Positions 19,500 through 29,020 of a DNA stretch of 56,169 bases are shown here, piece after piece. The stretch is from a virus (Duplodnaviria; Caudoviricetes). Made by a program: the position numbers and the translations under genes. Each line of letters starts with the position of its first letter. Position 1 is the first letter of the stretch. The stretch is from the IMG/VR virus record IMGVR_UViG_3300037587_000914, positions 1-56,169 of that record; one strand, 5' to 3'. The notes under the pieces were generated by a model. It saw only the letters and a program-made list of their open reading frames with translations, was not told where the DNA came from and searched no databases.

Positions 19500-19520
19500 A
19501 TGGTGGGCACTGCCCACCAT
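19500..19520. repeat. Palindrome atggtgggcactgcccaccat (REP-like)
   Basis: 10-bp arms around one central base. Confidence 0.7.
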
Positions 19521-19525
19521 ACTGC

Positions 19526-19768
19526 TTAGAATTTTCCATCACCAAAAGCTTCCCATAAATACTTCCTACCTTTGGCTGTTAATTCATATTCCTTATTAAC
19601 AAGTCCATGCTCTTTAATTATCGCACTTGCCGTACTTCCATTCCAAAAACCGCTTGCACATTTCAACACTCCAAGATTAATAACATCGCGCTTATCCATA
19701 CTTCCAAAATTGGCGTTAGCATGTACTTTCTCAATCTCTTCATCACTTATAATTTCTTGTACGCTCAT
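19526..19768 (-). CDS. Small winged-helix-like hypothetical protein
   Basis: HGLV..YELTAKGRKYL. Confidence 0.55.
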   Translation of the reverse strand: MSVQEIISDEEIEKVHANANFGSMDKRDVINLGVLKCASGFWNGSTASAIIKEHGLVNKEYELTAKGRKYLWEAFGDGKF

Positions 19769-19924
19769 TTAAAAAGTCCTTAAATAAAACCTAACAAACA
19801 ATAGTACTGCCAGCCTTTTATTGCTTTGATATATCCACATGCCCACATCTGGATAACTTTCGCTCCCAATCGCAATACACCCTTTGAGACAGCCCTATGT
19901 AGGCATGCGATATATCAAACTTTT

Positions 19925-20218
19925 TCATGCTTCTTTCACCGCCATTACCTCATGGTGTTTTTTGTATATGTTCAGGACAACCCGTCCCCAGTCCATGAGT
20001 TTCTTTTTAAATTCTTCGAAGTCCATCCCGTTCATCCATAGTACATTGATTTTATCATAGAGTTTCTCTTCCTGTTTGCTCAGGCCCGGAGCGTTATCTG
20101 TCGCCCAGGCCAGGCATCCACCCACTACCGTGCTTGCCGGCACCCATTTTTTGTCCAGGACCATTTTGTTAAGCTTGTCACATATTTTAGCGAACTCTAT
20201 TGCGTAGTTGTCTTCCAT
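19925..20218 (-). CDS. Hypothetical protein
   Basis: ORF track. Confidence 0.55.
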   Translation of the reverse strand: MEDNYAIEFAKICDKLNKMVLDKKWVPASTVVGGCLAWATDNAPGLSKQEEKLYDKINVLWMNGMDFEEFKKKLMDWGRVVLNIYKKHHEVMAVKEA

Positions 20219-20222
20219 AAAG

Positions 20223-20326
20223 AAAGTGCCTAAAGTGATCTCCCGCCTAATAAGCTGGCGGACAAGAAAGTTTAAAGTGACTAAAGTTAAAGGAATTAAA
20301 CAGATCCCCGCTTTTGCAAGGATGAC
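20223..20326. repeat. Composite repeat: AAAGTG-type arm with inserted hairpin, plus GGATGACA-type palindrome
   Basis: About 65 bp identical to 24472-24536; related copy at 21385-21464. Confidence 0.85.
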
Positions 20327-20340
20327 AAATGTTGTGCCCT

Positions 20341-20505
20341 CTAAAGAGTAGTTGTTATAATTTCGTCGTAAGTATAAACAGGTATAAAGAAGAACCAGAA
20401 TGTAGTTTTCTTTACGCGCTCATAGTTGTCACTTGCCAGGACTCTTCCTGCCAGTTTTATGTTCGTTCTACGTTTGTATAATTTTTCTGTACGTTTAATT
20501 ATCAT
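20341..20505 (-). CDS. 54-aa ORF missed by the track (MIIKRTEK...TFWFFFIPVY...)
   Basis: Manual translation; AGGA upstream. Confidence 0.55.
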   Translation of the reverse strand: MIIKRTEKLYKRRTNIKLAGRVLASDNYERVKKTTFWFFFIPVYTYDEIITTTL

Positions 20506-20620
20506 TTATATTCCTAAGACTCAAAAAAACATTTAACGCAGAGGCGCGGAGGACGCGAAGAACATAAAGAGGAAACCTAAAGATTTCTGTTTTTTAATTG
20601 TTTTTCTCTGCGCCTCTGCG

Positions 20621-21379
20621 TTATGAAGAAACATTGCTATCCCCAAATTTCTTAAGGTCTGTTTTTATGTAATAGTTCAGATCGTATTTTTTGAATACTT
20701 TTGTTATGTCGGTCAGGAATTTGGCCCAGTCGATGTGTTCGGCCATTGGGGCGTAGTTCCAGCGGCCGACTTTGTATTCGTCTACAAACCCCTTTGTCGT
20801 CTCTACTATCTCGATCGTCTGCGCAGGATCGATGACGGGTTCCAGGGATACCCATGTTGCAATGCCGCGCTTCTTTGCTTTCTTTATCGCCTCTATCCTG
20901 TCGTCCGGCCACGCTGCGCCCGGCTCGTAGGACAGCGAATCTTTTAGGCGGAGGAATGTCAACGTAGTGCCGAATTTACCATTGTTTTCTTTGAGCAGGT
21001 CGAAGTCTCTCACCGCCCTCATGCCGCCTTTGGTCAGCAGGTTTACTCGTATGTCGTTTTTGTGCAGTATCTTTATGGCAGCCCGGGTCAGTTCTGTCTT
21101 AGTATCGATCTTCTGGTATGGGTCGCAGTAGAATGAGAAGAATACCTCTTTGCCACTGTGTTTCGGTGCTTCTTTCTCAAGCTTTGCGATGACGTCTTTC
21201 CGTGGTCCTACATTACTATGGAATTTTCTGCGGACAAAGTCCTCGTTCTCCGGAGAGAATCTGCTTTTGGCCACCGGTACGTAGCAGTAGGTGCAGCGAT
21301 GGCCACAGCCTTCGTACAGGTTGGCTGCAAGTCCGTCGCAGTATTCCAGTGCTTTTCCTTTTGGTTGGTAGATTATCAT
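20621..21379 (-). CDS. Radical SAM protein, SplB/Rv2578c-like
   Basis: YEGCGHRCTYCY, DPYQ, LLTKG, WVSLEPVI. Confidence 0.85.
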   Translation of the reverse strand: MIIYQPKGKALEYCDGLAANLYEGCGHRCTYCYVPVAKSRFSPENEDFVRRKFHSNVGPRKDVIAKLEKEAPKHSGKEVFFSFYCDPYQKIDTKTELTRAAIKILHKNDIRVNLLTKGGMRAVRDFDLLKENNGKFGTTLTFLRLKDSLSYEPGAAWPDDRIEAIKKAKKRGIATWVSLEPVIDPAQTIEIVETTKGFVDEYKVGRWNYAPMAEHIDWAKFLTDITKVFKKYDLNYYIKTDLKKFGDSNVSS

Positions 21380-21468
21380 GGGGAAAGTGCCTAAAGTTTA
21401 AAGTGATCTAAAGTGACTAAAGTTATTGGAATTAAATAGATCCTGAAACGAGTCCAGGATGACAATAG

Positions 21469-21660
21469 TTATTTTTCATATAGCGTTAGTTCGGTTTTTG
21501 GAGCTTCGTATTTGATCTGTAAATTTTCACAATCACCGTTGAGGCATGTGTGTATTCGTCGGCTTGGGCGCGAAGAGGATAATACTATTACCATTACCCA
21601 CCCGCACTCAGGGCAAATAAATTGCTGGTTAATATGTACTTTTATTGTTTTATCGGGCAT
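21469..21660 (-). CDS. Small Zn-ribbon protein (start MPDKT)
   Basis: CPECG..C....C; the track's N-terminal extension is a repeat. Confidence 0.6.
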   Translation of the reverse strand: MPDKTIKVHINQQFICPECGWVMVIVLSSSRPSRRIHTCLNGDCENLQIKYEAPKTELTLYEK

Positions 21661-21668
21661 ATGTTTAT

Positions 21669-21706
21669 CCCCCCTCACCTCAATCCTCTCCCCAAATGGG
21701 AGAGGG
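21669..21706. repeat. CCCCTCACC..CCTCTCCC..GGGAGAGGG REP-like palindrome
   Basis: ccccctcacctcaatcctctccccaaatgggagaggg. Confidence 0.75.
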
Positions 21707-21953
21707 AAAAACAGCGTTATTGGAGCCAGATTTTTATAGTTATAAATGCCAGAAAGCTGAAGCATATTGCTGCCCCTGCGATGGCGGCGTATAGTTTTAG
21801 TTTTTCTTTCTTTGTCATTTTTTCAGATCTCTAAGCCGCAAAGGAAGCAGATAAAAAGTACCATTAAAATAATAAGAACACAAAATGTCGTCGGAAAGTA
21901 TTTAATACATACGGCGAATATAATATCATCTAGAAAATCGTTTAATTTATCTA

Positions 21954-22322
21954 TCATCTCTCTTCCCTCAGATTCTCAACGTCCGCATCAAACAGCCCGG
22001 GCATTCCTCTGTATGGTGTAAAAGGTAACTCCCTCGCGTTCTTCAGGGCAAAGCCGTATTTGCCAGTAAACCATCTGGAGCTACTCGCCTCAACACAATC
22101 AGTGATAAATACTATTCCAGCAATACCCCCACGTGGAAGGTCTTCAGGGATGGATATCCCCAGTATGTCTACTATGTGCCTGTGCCCTTCATGGTCGTAA
22201 GTTTTGCTTGCATGTATGAGAACAGGCCCCCGGTGTTTCGTCCGCCAGTTGCGGTTTTCTATATCTTTGCCGCCGTGGATTATTGCCCACGCCCAGGGTT
22301 GTTGTATGCTGATTGCTTTCAT
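21954..22322 (-). CDS. ASCH domain protein
   Basis: KAISIQQPWAWAI..GKDIENR.W...RGPVLIHA. Confidence 0.9.
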   Translation of the reverse strand: MKAISIQQPWAWAIIHGGKDIENRNWRTKHRGPVLIHASKTYDHEGHRHIVDILGISIPEDLPRGGIAGIVFITDCVEASSSRWFTGKYGFALKNARELPFTPYRGMPGLFDADVENLREER

Positions 22323-22516
22323 TTATTTAGTTCAGAATGGGGGCAAACACATAGGCTCGCCCCTACGTCTATCACTGCTATTTCGGTTTTATATTTAGTG
22401 AGCAGCTCTTCGTACTTTTTACAGTTTGTGCTCTTTGCTTTTTCCTTGTCTTCATCGGTAGCCATTTCGTACCAGAGAAGGAAGTTCTTTTTTTCACGAT
22501 CGTCTGTTTCTGTCAT
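22319..22516 (-). CDS. Hypothetical protein; C-terminus read through a REP
   Basis: VGASLCVCP is encoded by the REP at 22341-22366. Confidence 0.5.
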   Translation of the reverse strand: MTETDDREKKNFLLWYEMATDEDKEKAKSTNCKKYEELLTKYKTEIAVIDVGASLCVCPHSELNK

Positions 22517-22562
22517 ATTTTTTTATCCTCACGCAAAGACGCTAAGTCACAAAGGAAAGATA

Positions 22563-23150
22563 TTAGTTTTTTGCCAGGGCAAAAACTTTACACTCCAGTT
22601 TCGCTACTGCAATCATAGAGGCCCTGAGCTCCGGAGGCAATTCTTTGTAATCATGCTGATTCAGGTACAGAAGTACTTGCCGGCTGACTTGTTCAAGGTT
22701 TTCCGACTCACAATTAAGACAATTGCCATCTTTAAAAATCACTGCCATGCCACATGGAATTTTCCCGTTAGCGGCCTCCCATATAATAATATGTTTAAAT
22801 TTCCATATATTTGGTTCTGCAATTTTAACCTTGATATAGCCATCGAAAGTGACTCTCTCAGTACCGACAGGTGTCCAATTCTCTGGCCTGTTTCCTGTTT
22901 TAAAGCTGCCTTTATTTGCCTTGCACACACCCATGCCCTTGGTGCCGGCGGTCCACGGTCTGTTGCCTTTTTCGAAACGCCCTGTTCTGCCTGTCCGCCA
23001 ACCGTTGCGTTTACGAAGTGCCGCTAGTTGTATCGGCGTTCTCTTCTCTCTAAACTTCTTATTAAAAGCCGCTGCGAGTTCGGTACGTATCAAGGTCCTG
23101 TTATCAGAAATAAATTTAAGCTGCTTCTTTGTATAATTATATGGCTTCAT
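22563..23150 (-). CDS. HNH endonuclease-family protein
   Basis: TGRFEKG/FKTG repeats, GYIKVKI, KHIIIWE, DGNCLNCESENL. Confidence 0.8.
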   Translation of the reverse strand: MKPYNYTKKQLKFISDNRTLIRTELAAAFNKKFREKRTPIQLAALRKRNGWRTGRTGRFEKGNRPWTAGTKGMGVCKANKGSFKTGNRPENWTPVGTERVTFDGYIKVKIAEPNIWKFKHIIIWEAANGKIPCGMAVIFKDGNCLNCESENLEQVSRQVLLYLNQHDYKELPPELRASMIAVAKLECKVFALAKN

Positions 23151-23410
23151 GTTTTCTTTTTGGTTTCTTTTCCGTTTTCACCTTCTAACATTGACGGCAT
23201 ATTCCCAGGAAGACCTTCATACTCTGCCCTTAATTTTATAGAGTCAAATACCAGCCTTCCGTTTTCAATAATACGCTTGGTGACATCGGTAACGGCTCTT
23301 GCTCTTTGAATCTCTTCCTTTAATTCATCACCCTTAGTGCTCTCTTTAGACAGTCTTGTTAATTGACTAAAAAGAATATCATTTACATCAGTTAATTTAT
23401 TCTTCTGCAT
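23147..23410 (-). CDS. Phage protein of the type that precedes this HNH family
   Basis: KNKLTDVNDILFSQLTRL; ATGA overlap with HNH. Confidence 0.7.
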   Translation of the reverse strand: MQKNKLTDVNDILFSQLTRLSKESTKGDELKEEIQRARAVTDVTKRIIENGRLVFDSIKLRAEYEGLPGNMPSMLEGENGKETKKKT

Positions 23411-23415
23411 AATAT

Positions 23416-23610
23416 TTACCTCTTCGCAGTGAGCTTTCGCAGCCTGCGCTCTGCGGCTAAACGGACAGTCTTTTGCGTGTCCGGCCACTTGATCATTGCT
23501 TTAAGTTTCTTGGCGTTGGCCTCTTTGACACGCCTCATTCGATTTTCAGCGTCTACCCATGCAACCTTAACTCCACCACAAACAGCTCCTGTTTCCCACG
23601 GGTTTTTCAT
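23416..23610 (-). CDS. Hypothetical protein (start MKNPW)
   Basis: AGGA RBS. Confidence 0.5.
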   Translation of the reverse strand: MKNPWETGAVCGGVKVAWVDAENRMRRVKEANAKKLKAMIKWPDTQKTVRLAAERRLRKLTAKR

Positions 23611-23896
23611 TATTCCTATTTTTTCTATCTCAACGCAGAGGCGCGGAGGACGCAAAGTTTAAATTACAATTCGGAATTCTTTACCTTTCAATGGGCACTC
23701 GCATTTATCATTAGAAGGATGCGTAATACATCTATTTTCTTCATTAGTAAAAGTTCTTTCATGGAGTTTAACAGCACAAAGATTTATGCCTCCCCACTTA
23801 GAATCAGTTGTATGAAAAATACATTTTTCAATTGATGTTTTTATTTTAATAGTATTTGGCATTTTTTTCTTTGCGTCCTCTGCGTTAAAAAAGGTG

Positions 23897-24466
23897 CTAC
23901 CCAAACCTCAGTTCTTTTACTACCGGGCGCTGAGTTCCTGTGGCTTCTCCGAATTCGTCTTCCAGGTGCATTATGTAGCCTTTTACGCTTATTGTCTGCC
24001 CGGGTTCGGGTGTTTTTTCTGCTTCCAGCAGGACGTCATCCGGCACGTGTACTTTGTACTCCGCTTCCTTTGCCTCGTAATTTTCGCTCTTAGGGATTTT
24101 TACAAGTATTATCAGGTTTTCGTCTTTAAGTGATATCACTTCTCCGACTATGATGAATGTTGTTTTGCGTTCTTTGACCTCTCCGGACTTGATAACGTAG
24201 ACGTTGAACGTGGTCCTTGTCTCTTTGTTCCTGCCTTCGTATTGCTGGAAGTTGCCGCTCAGGCGCACGTCAGCACCACGTTTAAATTGTGAGGTAAAGT
24301 ACTCACAGTTATCCTTGCCCCATATGAAGGCGAGGGAGCGAACGCTGCCGTATACGTCGTGCTGACAGTCTATGATTACTTCCAGGTATGGGCTATTACC
24401 ACCTGTCCTTTTCGGTTCGCATTTATCGAGTACGCCGTGTATGTGTATTTTGTTACAGTGTTTCAT
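23897..24466 (-). CDS. Tandem OB-fold, SSB-like protein
   Basis: WGK...KRGADVRLSG and PGQTISVKGY OB-like strands. Confidence 0.55.
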   Translation of the reverse strand: MKHCNKIHIHGVLDKCEPKRTGGNSPYLEVIIDCQHDVYGSVRSLAFIWGKDNCEYFTSQFKRGADVRLSGNFQQYEGRNKETRTTFNVYVIKSGEVKERKTTFIIVGEVISLKDENLIILVKIPKSENYEAKEAEYKVHVPDDVLLEAEKTPEPGQTISVKGYIMHLEDEFGEATGTQRPVVKELRFG

Positions 24467-24578
24467 AAAGGAAGTGCCTAAAGTGATCTCCCGCCTAATA
24501 AGCTGGCGGACAAGAAAGTTTAAAGTGACTAAAGTTATAAAAACAGCTTCCCGATCAAGTCGAGAATGACAGATTCAA

Positions 24579-24893
24579 CTAATCCTGCGATTTCTTTCTC
24601 TGTGTCTTCGTGCCTTCGGATGATGACTTTTTTTCTGCCTTTTCCTGTACAGGCATGTCGGCCATTTTCTTTTCCGGCCACTCTCTCATTTTGTCAGCGT
24701 GTTTGAGTAGCTGCTCACCCATTTCGTCAGTACCACCATCTTTGAAATAGGCCTCTTTTCTCAGCTTTATGTAGTACTCTAATGCTTTCCACGCTAATTC
24801 GTCCTGTGCGCGGAGCAATACTACCGGTTCGTCTGCCGGGATCCTTTTGTCCAGTTCTTTGATGTCGTTGTACTCATCTCTTGCATGTTTCAT
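24579..24893 (-). CDS. Phage hypothetical protein
   Basis: IPADEPVVLLRAQD motif; GGAG RBS. Confidence 0.7.
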   Translation of the reverse strand: MKHARDEYNDIKELDKRIPADEPVVLLRAQDELAWKALEYYIKLRKEAYFKDGGTDEMGEQLLKHADKMREWPEKKMADMPVQEKAEKKSSSEGTKTQRKKSQD

Positions 24894-24959
24894 TGTTATT
24901 TATCTCCTAAAAAAGGTCCTCATAAAGAGGGCGAACACATCGGTGCGCCCCTACGGGAT

Positions 24960-25226
24960 TTAATAAATTACTTTCGGTAGTTTTTTCATGTGCAGGGCTT
25001 TTGCGTAGCCGGACCGGAAGGCGATGTCTTTGTCGTCACTGACCTTCTTGAAGTGCAGCACTATACAGATGAACGCTATAACTAGCAAACAGGCCAGTAT
25101 ACGTGGAAGCCATAACGTTCTATTGCTGTACGCCCATTCGACTCTGTTGTGTATTACGTTGCTGTTTGAATAGTGTATTTTTTTCAACGATTCAGGTCTC
25201 CTTTGTCGGGTTAAAGGGGCGAACAC
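24960..25226 (-). CDS. Small membrane protein (start uncertain)
   Basis: One hydrophobic helix. Confidence 0.45.
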   Translation of the reverse strand: MFAPLTRQRRPESLKKIHYSNSNVIHNRVEWAYSNRTLWLPRILACLLVIAFICIVLHFKKVSDDKDIAFRSGYAKALHMKKLPKVIY

Positions 25227-25238
25227 ATAGGTTAGCCC

Positions 25239-25535
25239 CTACACATAAATGACCATGATAATTATCATTATTACGAGTAATGCAATGCAACCGGCGATCT
25301 GCCACTTGTCTGACGTGGAAAGATTACTGCCGATTTCTCTCCGTTCCGGACAGACAGGATGGTTGTCACCGGGGCTATCGTCGCGTTGGTCAGAGTTAAT
25401 ATTTTGCATTTTCTTTTTCATATTTCTCAGTATGTATGGCGGATCGGGTAGATTATTGTTTTCCGCTTCGTGCACTTTAATAATATTCTCCATCTCTTCA
25501 TCGTAGATTTCAAACAAATATGCACCTTTCAACAA
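25239..25535 (-). CDS. Protein with C-terminal TM helix; stop supplied by REP
   Basis: TAG at 25239-25241 is part of cccctac. Confidence 0.5.
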   Translation of the reverse strand: MLKGAYLFEIYDEEMENIIKVHEAENNNLPDPPYILRNMKKKMQNINSDQRDDSPGDNHPVCPERREIGSNLSTSDKWQIAGCIALLVIMIIIMVIYV

Positions 25536-25592
25536 TCAGGAAATAGATTAATACGCTCATGGCAGTAGCAGCCGCTTCAAACAGATATTTTT

Positions 25593-26384
25593 TCATGGTT
25601 TGTTTCTCTTTAGAGCAATGTTTTTGAGCTTTTTTCTGTAGTTTTTAATTGCGTGATCAGTGCCAGTGGATTTGGGCCTCCGTAGGAAATTGGCTGTGAA
25701 CCGCCCGAATCGCCTGATCGTGTTCGGATTGCGGAGTAGATCTCCTTTGCGCGTGAGATAGCGCAGATCCCCCACGTGTATGCGACCCATAACGAAGAAC
25801 GGTACGCGAGCTACGCCATCAGCCGCATTTACTACGCGATACACAGGCGCCTTGACAGAGCGGTCAAACTCGGCATTGCCCACACGTGGACATCCGAATG
25901 TATAGCACGCTGCAAGGTTGACACCGTCGAGGTCCTGGGTTGCAATCACGGCTATGGCTGCGCCGAGTGAATGCCCTGTAATATAGAGAGGACAATAACC
26001 CTGGTAAGGCTTGCCTAATACGTATTCCCTTACCTCTTCGGCCACGTTTTCATATGCCTGGGCAAAGCCCCTGTGCTTACCATCCTTCAGGCGGAACTTG
26101 AGGTCCGAGAGAATATCCTTTATATTCCCTTCTGTGCCCCTGAAGGACAGCACAGCATAATCTTTGCAACAGGCCATGAATGCCTGGGATTCGTTGTTAT
26201 TTAATGTAGCCTTGAGGCTGAACCCACCAGATTCAAGGCTGTCTACAAGTCTGCCCCGTTCACCGTCCTCGTGTTTGAGATAAGCGAGTTCCGACATCGA
26301 TGCCATTATGTATGCCATCCTGTCGGAATATGCTGCACGGTTTGTCGGCACCTTCCGTATTAAGTTGTCATCGAAATATTCCAT
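25593..26384 (-). CDS. Class 3 lipase (alpha/beta hydrolase)
   Basis: SFRGT, YITGHSLG, YTFGCPRVG, VNAADGVARVP, C-terminal DH. Confidence 0.9.
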   Translation of the reverse strand: MEYFDDNLIRKVPTNRAAYSDRMAYIMASMSELAYLKHEDGERGRLVDSLESGGFSLKATLNNNESQAFMACCKDYAVLSFRGTEGNIKDILSDLKFRLKDGKHRGFAQAYENVAEEVREYVLGKPYQGYCPLYITGHSLGAAIAVIATQDLDGVNLAACYTFGCPRVGNAEFDRSVKAPVYRVVNAADGVARVPFFVMGRIHVGDLRYLTRKGDLLRNPNTIRRFGRFTANFLRRPKSTGTDHAIKNYRKKLKNIALKRNKP

Positions 26385-26407
26385 AATTTTTGCTCCTTAA
26401 GCTACAA

Positions 26408-26776
26408 TCATGAAGTAGAAACTACCTTGCAAAAATGAAAAGGAAATAACTTCAACATCCCAGGTATCACTTTGAGCTTCTCCGCTTCCAGCGTCCTCTC
26501 TGCCTCCCCTTCGATCTTATATCCAAGCGCAAGTACCATATTCCCACAAGGAATTGGTCTTGCAGACACGCGCGGCGTCAGGACAAACTTGTAATCAAAG
26601 TCCTTGTGTAAGGCAGCCACCCGATCCTCTTCCTTGTTTGCCTCAGTCCAGAACCGTCTCTTTTTCTCCTCGCTCGACAAGGCACCGGCCATATCAGCCA
26701 TAATCGCCACATCAAGATGATCTAAAAACTGTTCAAGTGATAATTTCATAGTTTTTATTCTCACGCCAAGCCGCAA
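26408..26776 (-). CDS. Hypothetical protein (likely start MKLSL)
   Basis: ORF track. Confidence 0.55.
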   Translation of the reverse strand: MRLGVRIKTMKLSLEQFLDHLDVAIMADMAGALSSEEKKRRFWTEANKEEDRVAALHKDFDYKFVLTPRVSARPIPCGNMVLALGYKIEGEAERTLEAEKLKVIPGMLKLFPFHFCKVVSTS

Positions 26777-26809
26777 AGTACGCAGAGAAAAGCGTATTCC
26801 TTTTGTTAT

Positions 26810-27085
26810 CTACCGATATCTTTGATTGTCCGTGATGGCCTTGTAACACCACCATAGGCACAGACAGGCAACAAGTGCGCTGGCTATTCCAAACGCAAAA
26901 TCATATTCTTTATTTCTACACAGGGCCGTAATAGATGAAGTACACCATAGAAAAAAGCAAGTTATTGAGCCTATCAGATCCGCTAATTTCAACTTCTTGC
27001 TATGGGCAGATATCTCCCTGCCAGAGACAAAGCCTTTGCCTTCTCGGTTTCCATATTCCCTTTTTATTGATTCTCGTCCTACCAT
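26810..27085 (-). CDS. Two-TM membrane protein
   Basis: Two hydrophobic segments. Confidence 0.5.
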   Translation of the reverse strand: MVGRESIKREYGNREGKGFVSGREISAHSKKLKLADLIGSITCFFLWCTSSITALCRNKEYDFAFGIASALVACLCLWWCYKAITDNQRYR

Positions 27086-27426
27086 TATCTTTTTACCTTT
27101 GCGTCCTCCGCGGCTTTGCGGTGAACTGTTTTTTTATTTACCCGGGTGGGGCTGGGAGGCAACAATTCAATCAGGTTTTTAATTGGTCCTTCCGCTAGTA
27201 CACGATTTGTTTCAGTTTCTATTATTTTGTACATTTCGTCATCAGAGTGATTTTTTACGGCATCGAACGCCTCCGGTGCGGTGTCGTAGTGGTTCTGGAA
27301 GATGCCGCAGTCGTCAGTGTTGTATCCGGTAAATAGCATGTATTTTTTCATGATTGTAATCGGGCAGACACACCCGCCAAAAAACACGTCGGGCAGACAG
27401 GACAAACACACAGGTTTGCCCCTACG

Positions 27427-27867
27427 TTATGTATTTTCTTTTATTGTTACTTCCTTAACTTCTTTAGATTCCTGCGGTTCTTCAGGAGGTTTTTTATCAG
27501 ATGCTTTTGTCTCTGTCTGTTCTGCAGGTACCTTCTCATTTTTTGTCTCTTTTGTTTTCTTCGGTTCCGGTTTCTTTGTTTCTTTGACTTTCTTCTTCAC
27601 ATACCTACCGGTTTTTTGATTAAAATTATAAGCGTTAGCATCGGTATAGGAAATATTGTGTTCCCACAGGTCCAGGACTTTTATCAGTCTCTTCCTGTCC
27701 TGTGCCCTCTTATATTTTTCTTCTAATAACGCTGCTTCCAGGTCGGCTATCTGTAGCTTCAGTATATTTATACCGTGCATTTTCAGGTCTTTATCTCCTG
27801 CAGATGCCTTTTCAAAAACGCCAAAGATAGATACGGCTATAAAGAGTGATATAAGAATTCTTTTCAT
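27427..27867 (-). CDS. Exported protein with signal peptide and Lys/Glu-rich tail
   Basis: MKRILISLFIAVSIFGVFEKASA. Confidence 0.65.
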   Translation of the reverse strand: MKRILISLFIAVSIFGVFEKASAGDKDLKMHGINILKLQIADLEAALLEEKYKRAQDRKRLIKVLDLWEHNISYTDANAYNFNQKTGRYVKKKVKETKKPEPKKTKETKNEKVPAEQTETKASDKKPPEEPQESKEVKEVTIKENT

Positions 27868-27962
27868 AATGATCTCCGTTATTAAGGTTTAAATTATAGG
27901 CAAACACACCCGCCAAAAAACACGTCGGACAGGCAGGGCAAACACACAGGTTTGCCCCTACG

Positions 27963-28460
27963 TTATGTATTATTATTTATTGTGATTATGTTTACTTTTT
28001 CGGCCATTTTTTCAACACGAGTACGCACGTCTTCCGCCTCTTTAATAATCATATTGATATGTTTATTTATCACAAGGCTTTCGCTGTAGCTTATTTTTTC
28101 TCCGCCTTCCGGTGTTTTCTTCTGTGCTTTTTGTACCGATTCCGCAAGATGTCCGAAGGCAGTAGCAACGTCCAGGGTCTCTTCCGTTATGCTCTTCTCG
28201 CCTTTGCCTCTGTGCCGGTCTATCAGCACCTTATCAGTGTCGCCGATTGTGAAGTTGAGAAAGTCTATGTCGCCGGTTGCGTTGTATATCAGGGCTTGAA
28301 ACTCTACAGGCACTGCAAGGGTGCCCTCGCAGTATTCACGTATTGTTGGTGCCGGTGTGCTGGTCCTCCTGGCGATAGATTCGACGGTGTAGCGTTTTTC
28401 AATTATGAGTATTTGGTTTAGAAGTTTTGCGAATTTGACGTGTTCTTGTTCGATATTCAT
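27963..28460 (-). CDS. CII-like phage regulatory protein (HTH + helical C-terminus)
   Basis: TVESIARRTSTPAPTIREY HTH; ETLDVATAFGHL; follows the Cro-like gene. Confidence 0.6.
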   Translation of the reverse strand: MNIEQEHVKFAKLLNQILIIEKRYTVESIARRTSTPAPTIREYCEGTLAVPVEFQALIYNATGDIDFLNFTIGDTDKVLIDRHRGKGEKSITEETLDVATAFGHLAESVQKAQKKTPEGGEKISYSESLVINKHINMIIKEAEDVRTRVEKMAEKVNIITINNNT

Positions 28461-28500
28461 AGGTAAAATTTCCTCCCTTGATTATCTTTCTAAAAATCGA

Positions 28501-28794
28501 TTAACAATTTACACTTGCTGGCATGTCAGATGGCTTACAATTCTTAATATTAAAATCAGGGTGCTTTCCCGGGTACCTCAGTACCTCTTCCGGAATATTC
28601 GTATGCCTATGCAGTTTTGTGATTGTTGGTTCCTGCGCTTTGCCGGTGTTCCATACTGCCCTTACACAGCTAGAAGACATACCAATCGCCTGCCCAATCG
28701 ACTTAGAGGTTCTCTTAAAATGCCTCTTCCATTTGTATAGCGGATGGTTTTTGCCCAGGTACGGTATAAGTGTCTTTGATTTCTCATTTGTCAT
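28501..28794 (-). CDS. Cro/XRE-like HTH regulator, first early gene
   Basis: SKSIGQAIGMSSSCVRAVW; start taken at MTNEK. Confidence 0.6.
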   Translation of the reverse strand: MTNEKSKTLIPYLGKNHPLYKWKRHFKRTSKSIGQAIGMSSSCVRAVWNTGKAQEPTITKLHRHTNIPEEVLRYPGKHPDFNIKNCKPSDMPASVNC

Positions 28795-28803
28795 TATGCT
28801 CAG

Positions 28804-28833
28804 AGGATATACGAGCACCGTATGTTTTGTCAA
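28804..28833 (-). promoter_or_regulatory. sigma70-type early promoter
   Basis: TTGACA (28833-28828) then 16-18 nt to TATATC/TATCCT; AT-rich upstream. Confidence 0.6.
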
Positions 28834-29020
28834 CTTTAAATTTTGTAAATTATTATAATTATTATTGGAATAGATCCTATGTTTTTAAAATATAATGAGT
28901 TATGTTGAGTAACTTTTTAAAAAAAAGTTTATTAATTGAGGCGTGATCTATGCGGATCTTTCAATCGTAAGCGTAAATGCTGAAAGAAATTCGAGGTAGA
29001 AGGGATGACGATAAAGGATT

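Noticed and set aside
1960-28000. Integron-like cassette array
   Set aside because: The recombinase lacks an evident IntI-specific insertion; repeats lack attC R-box structure and also occur among core structural genes
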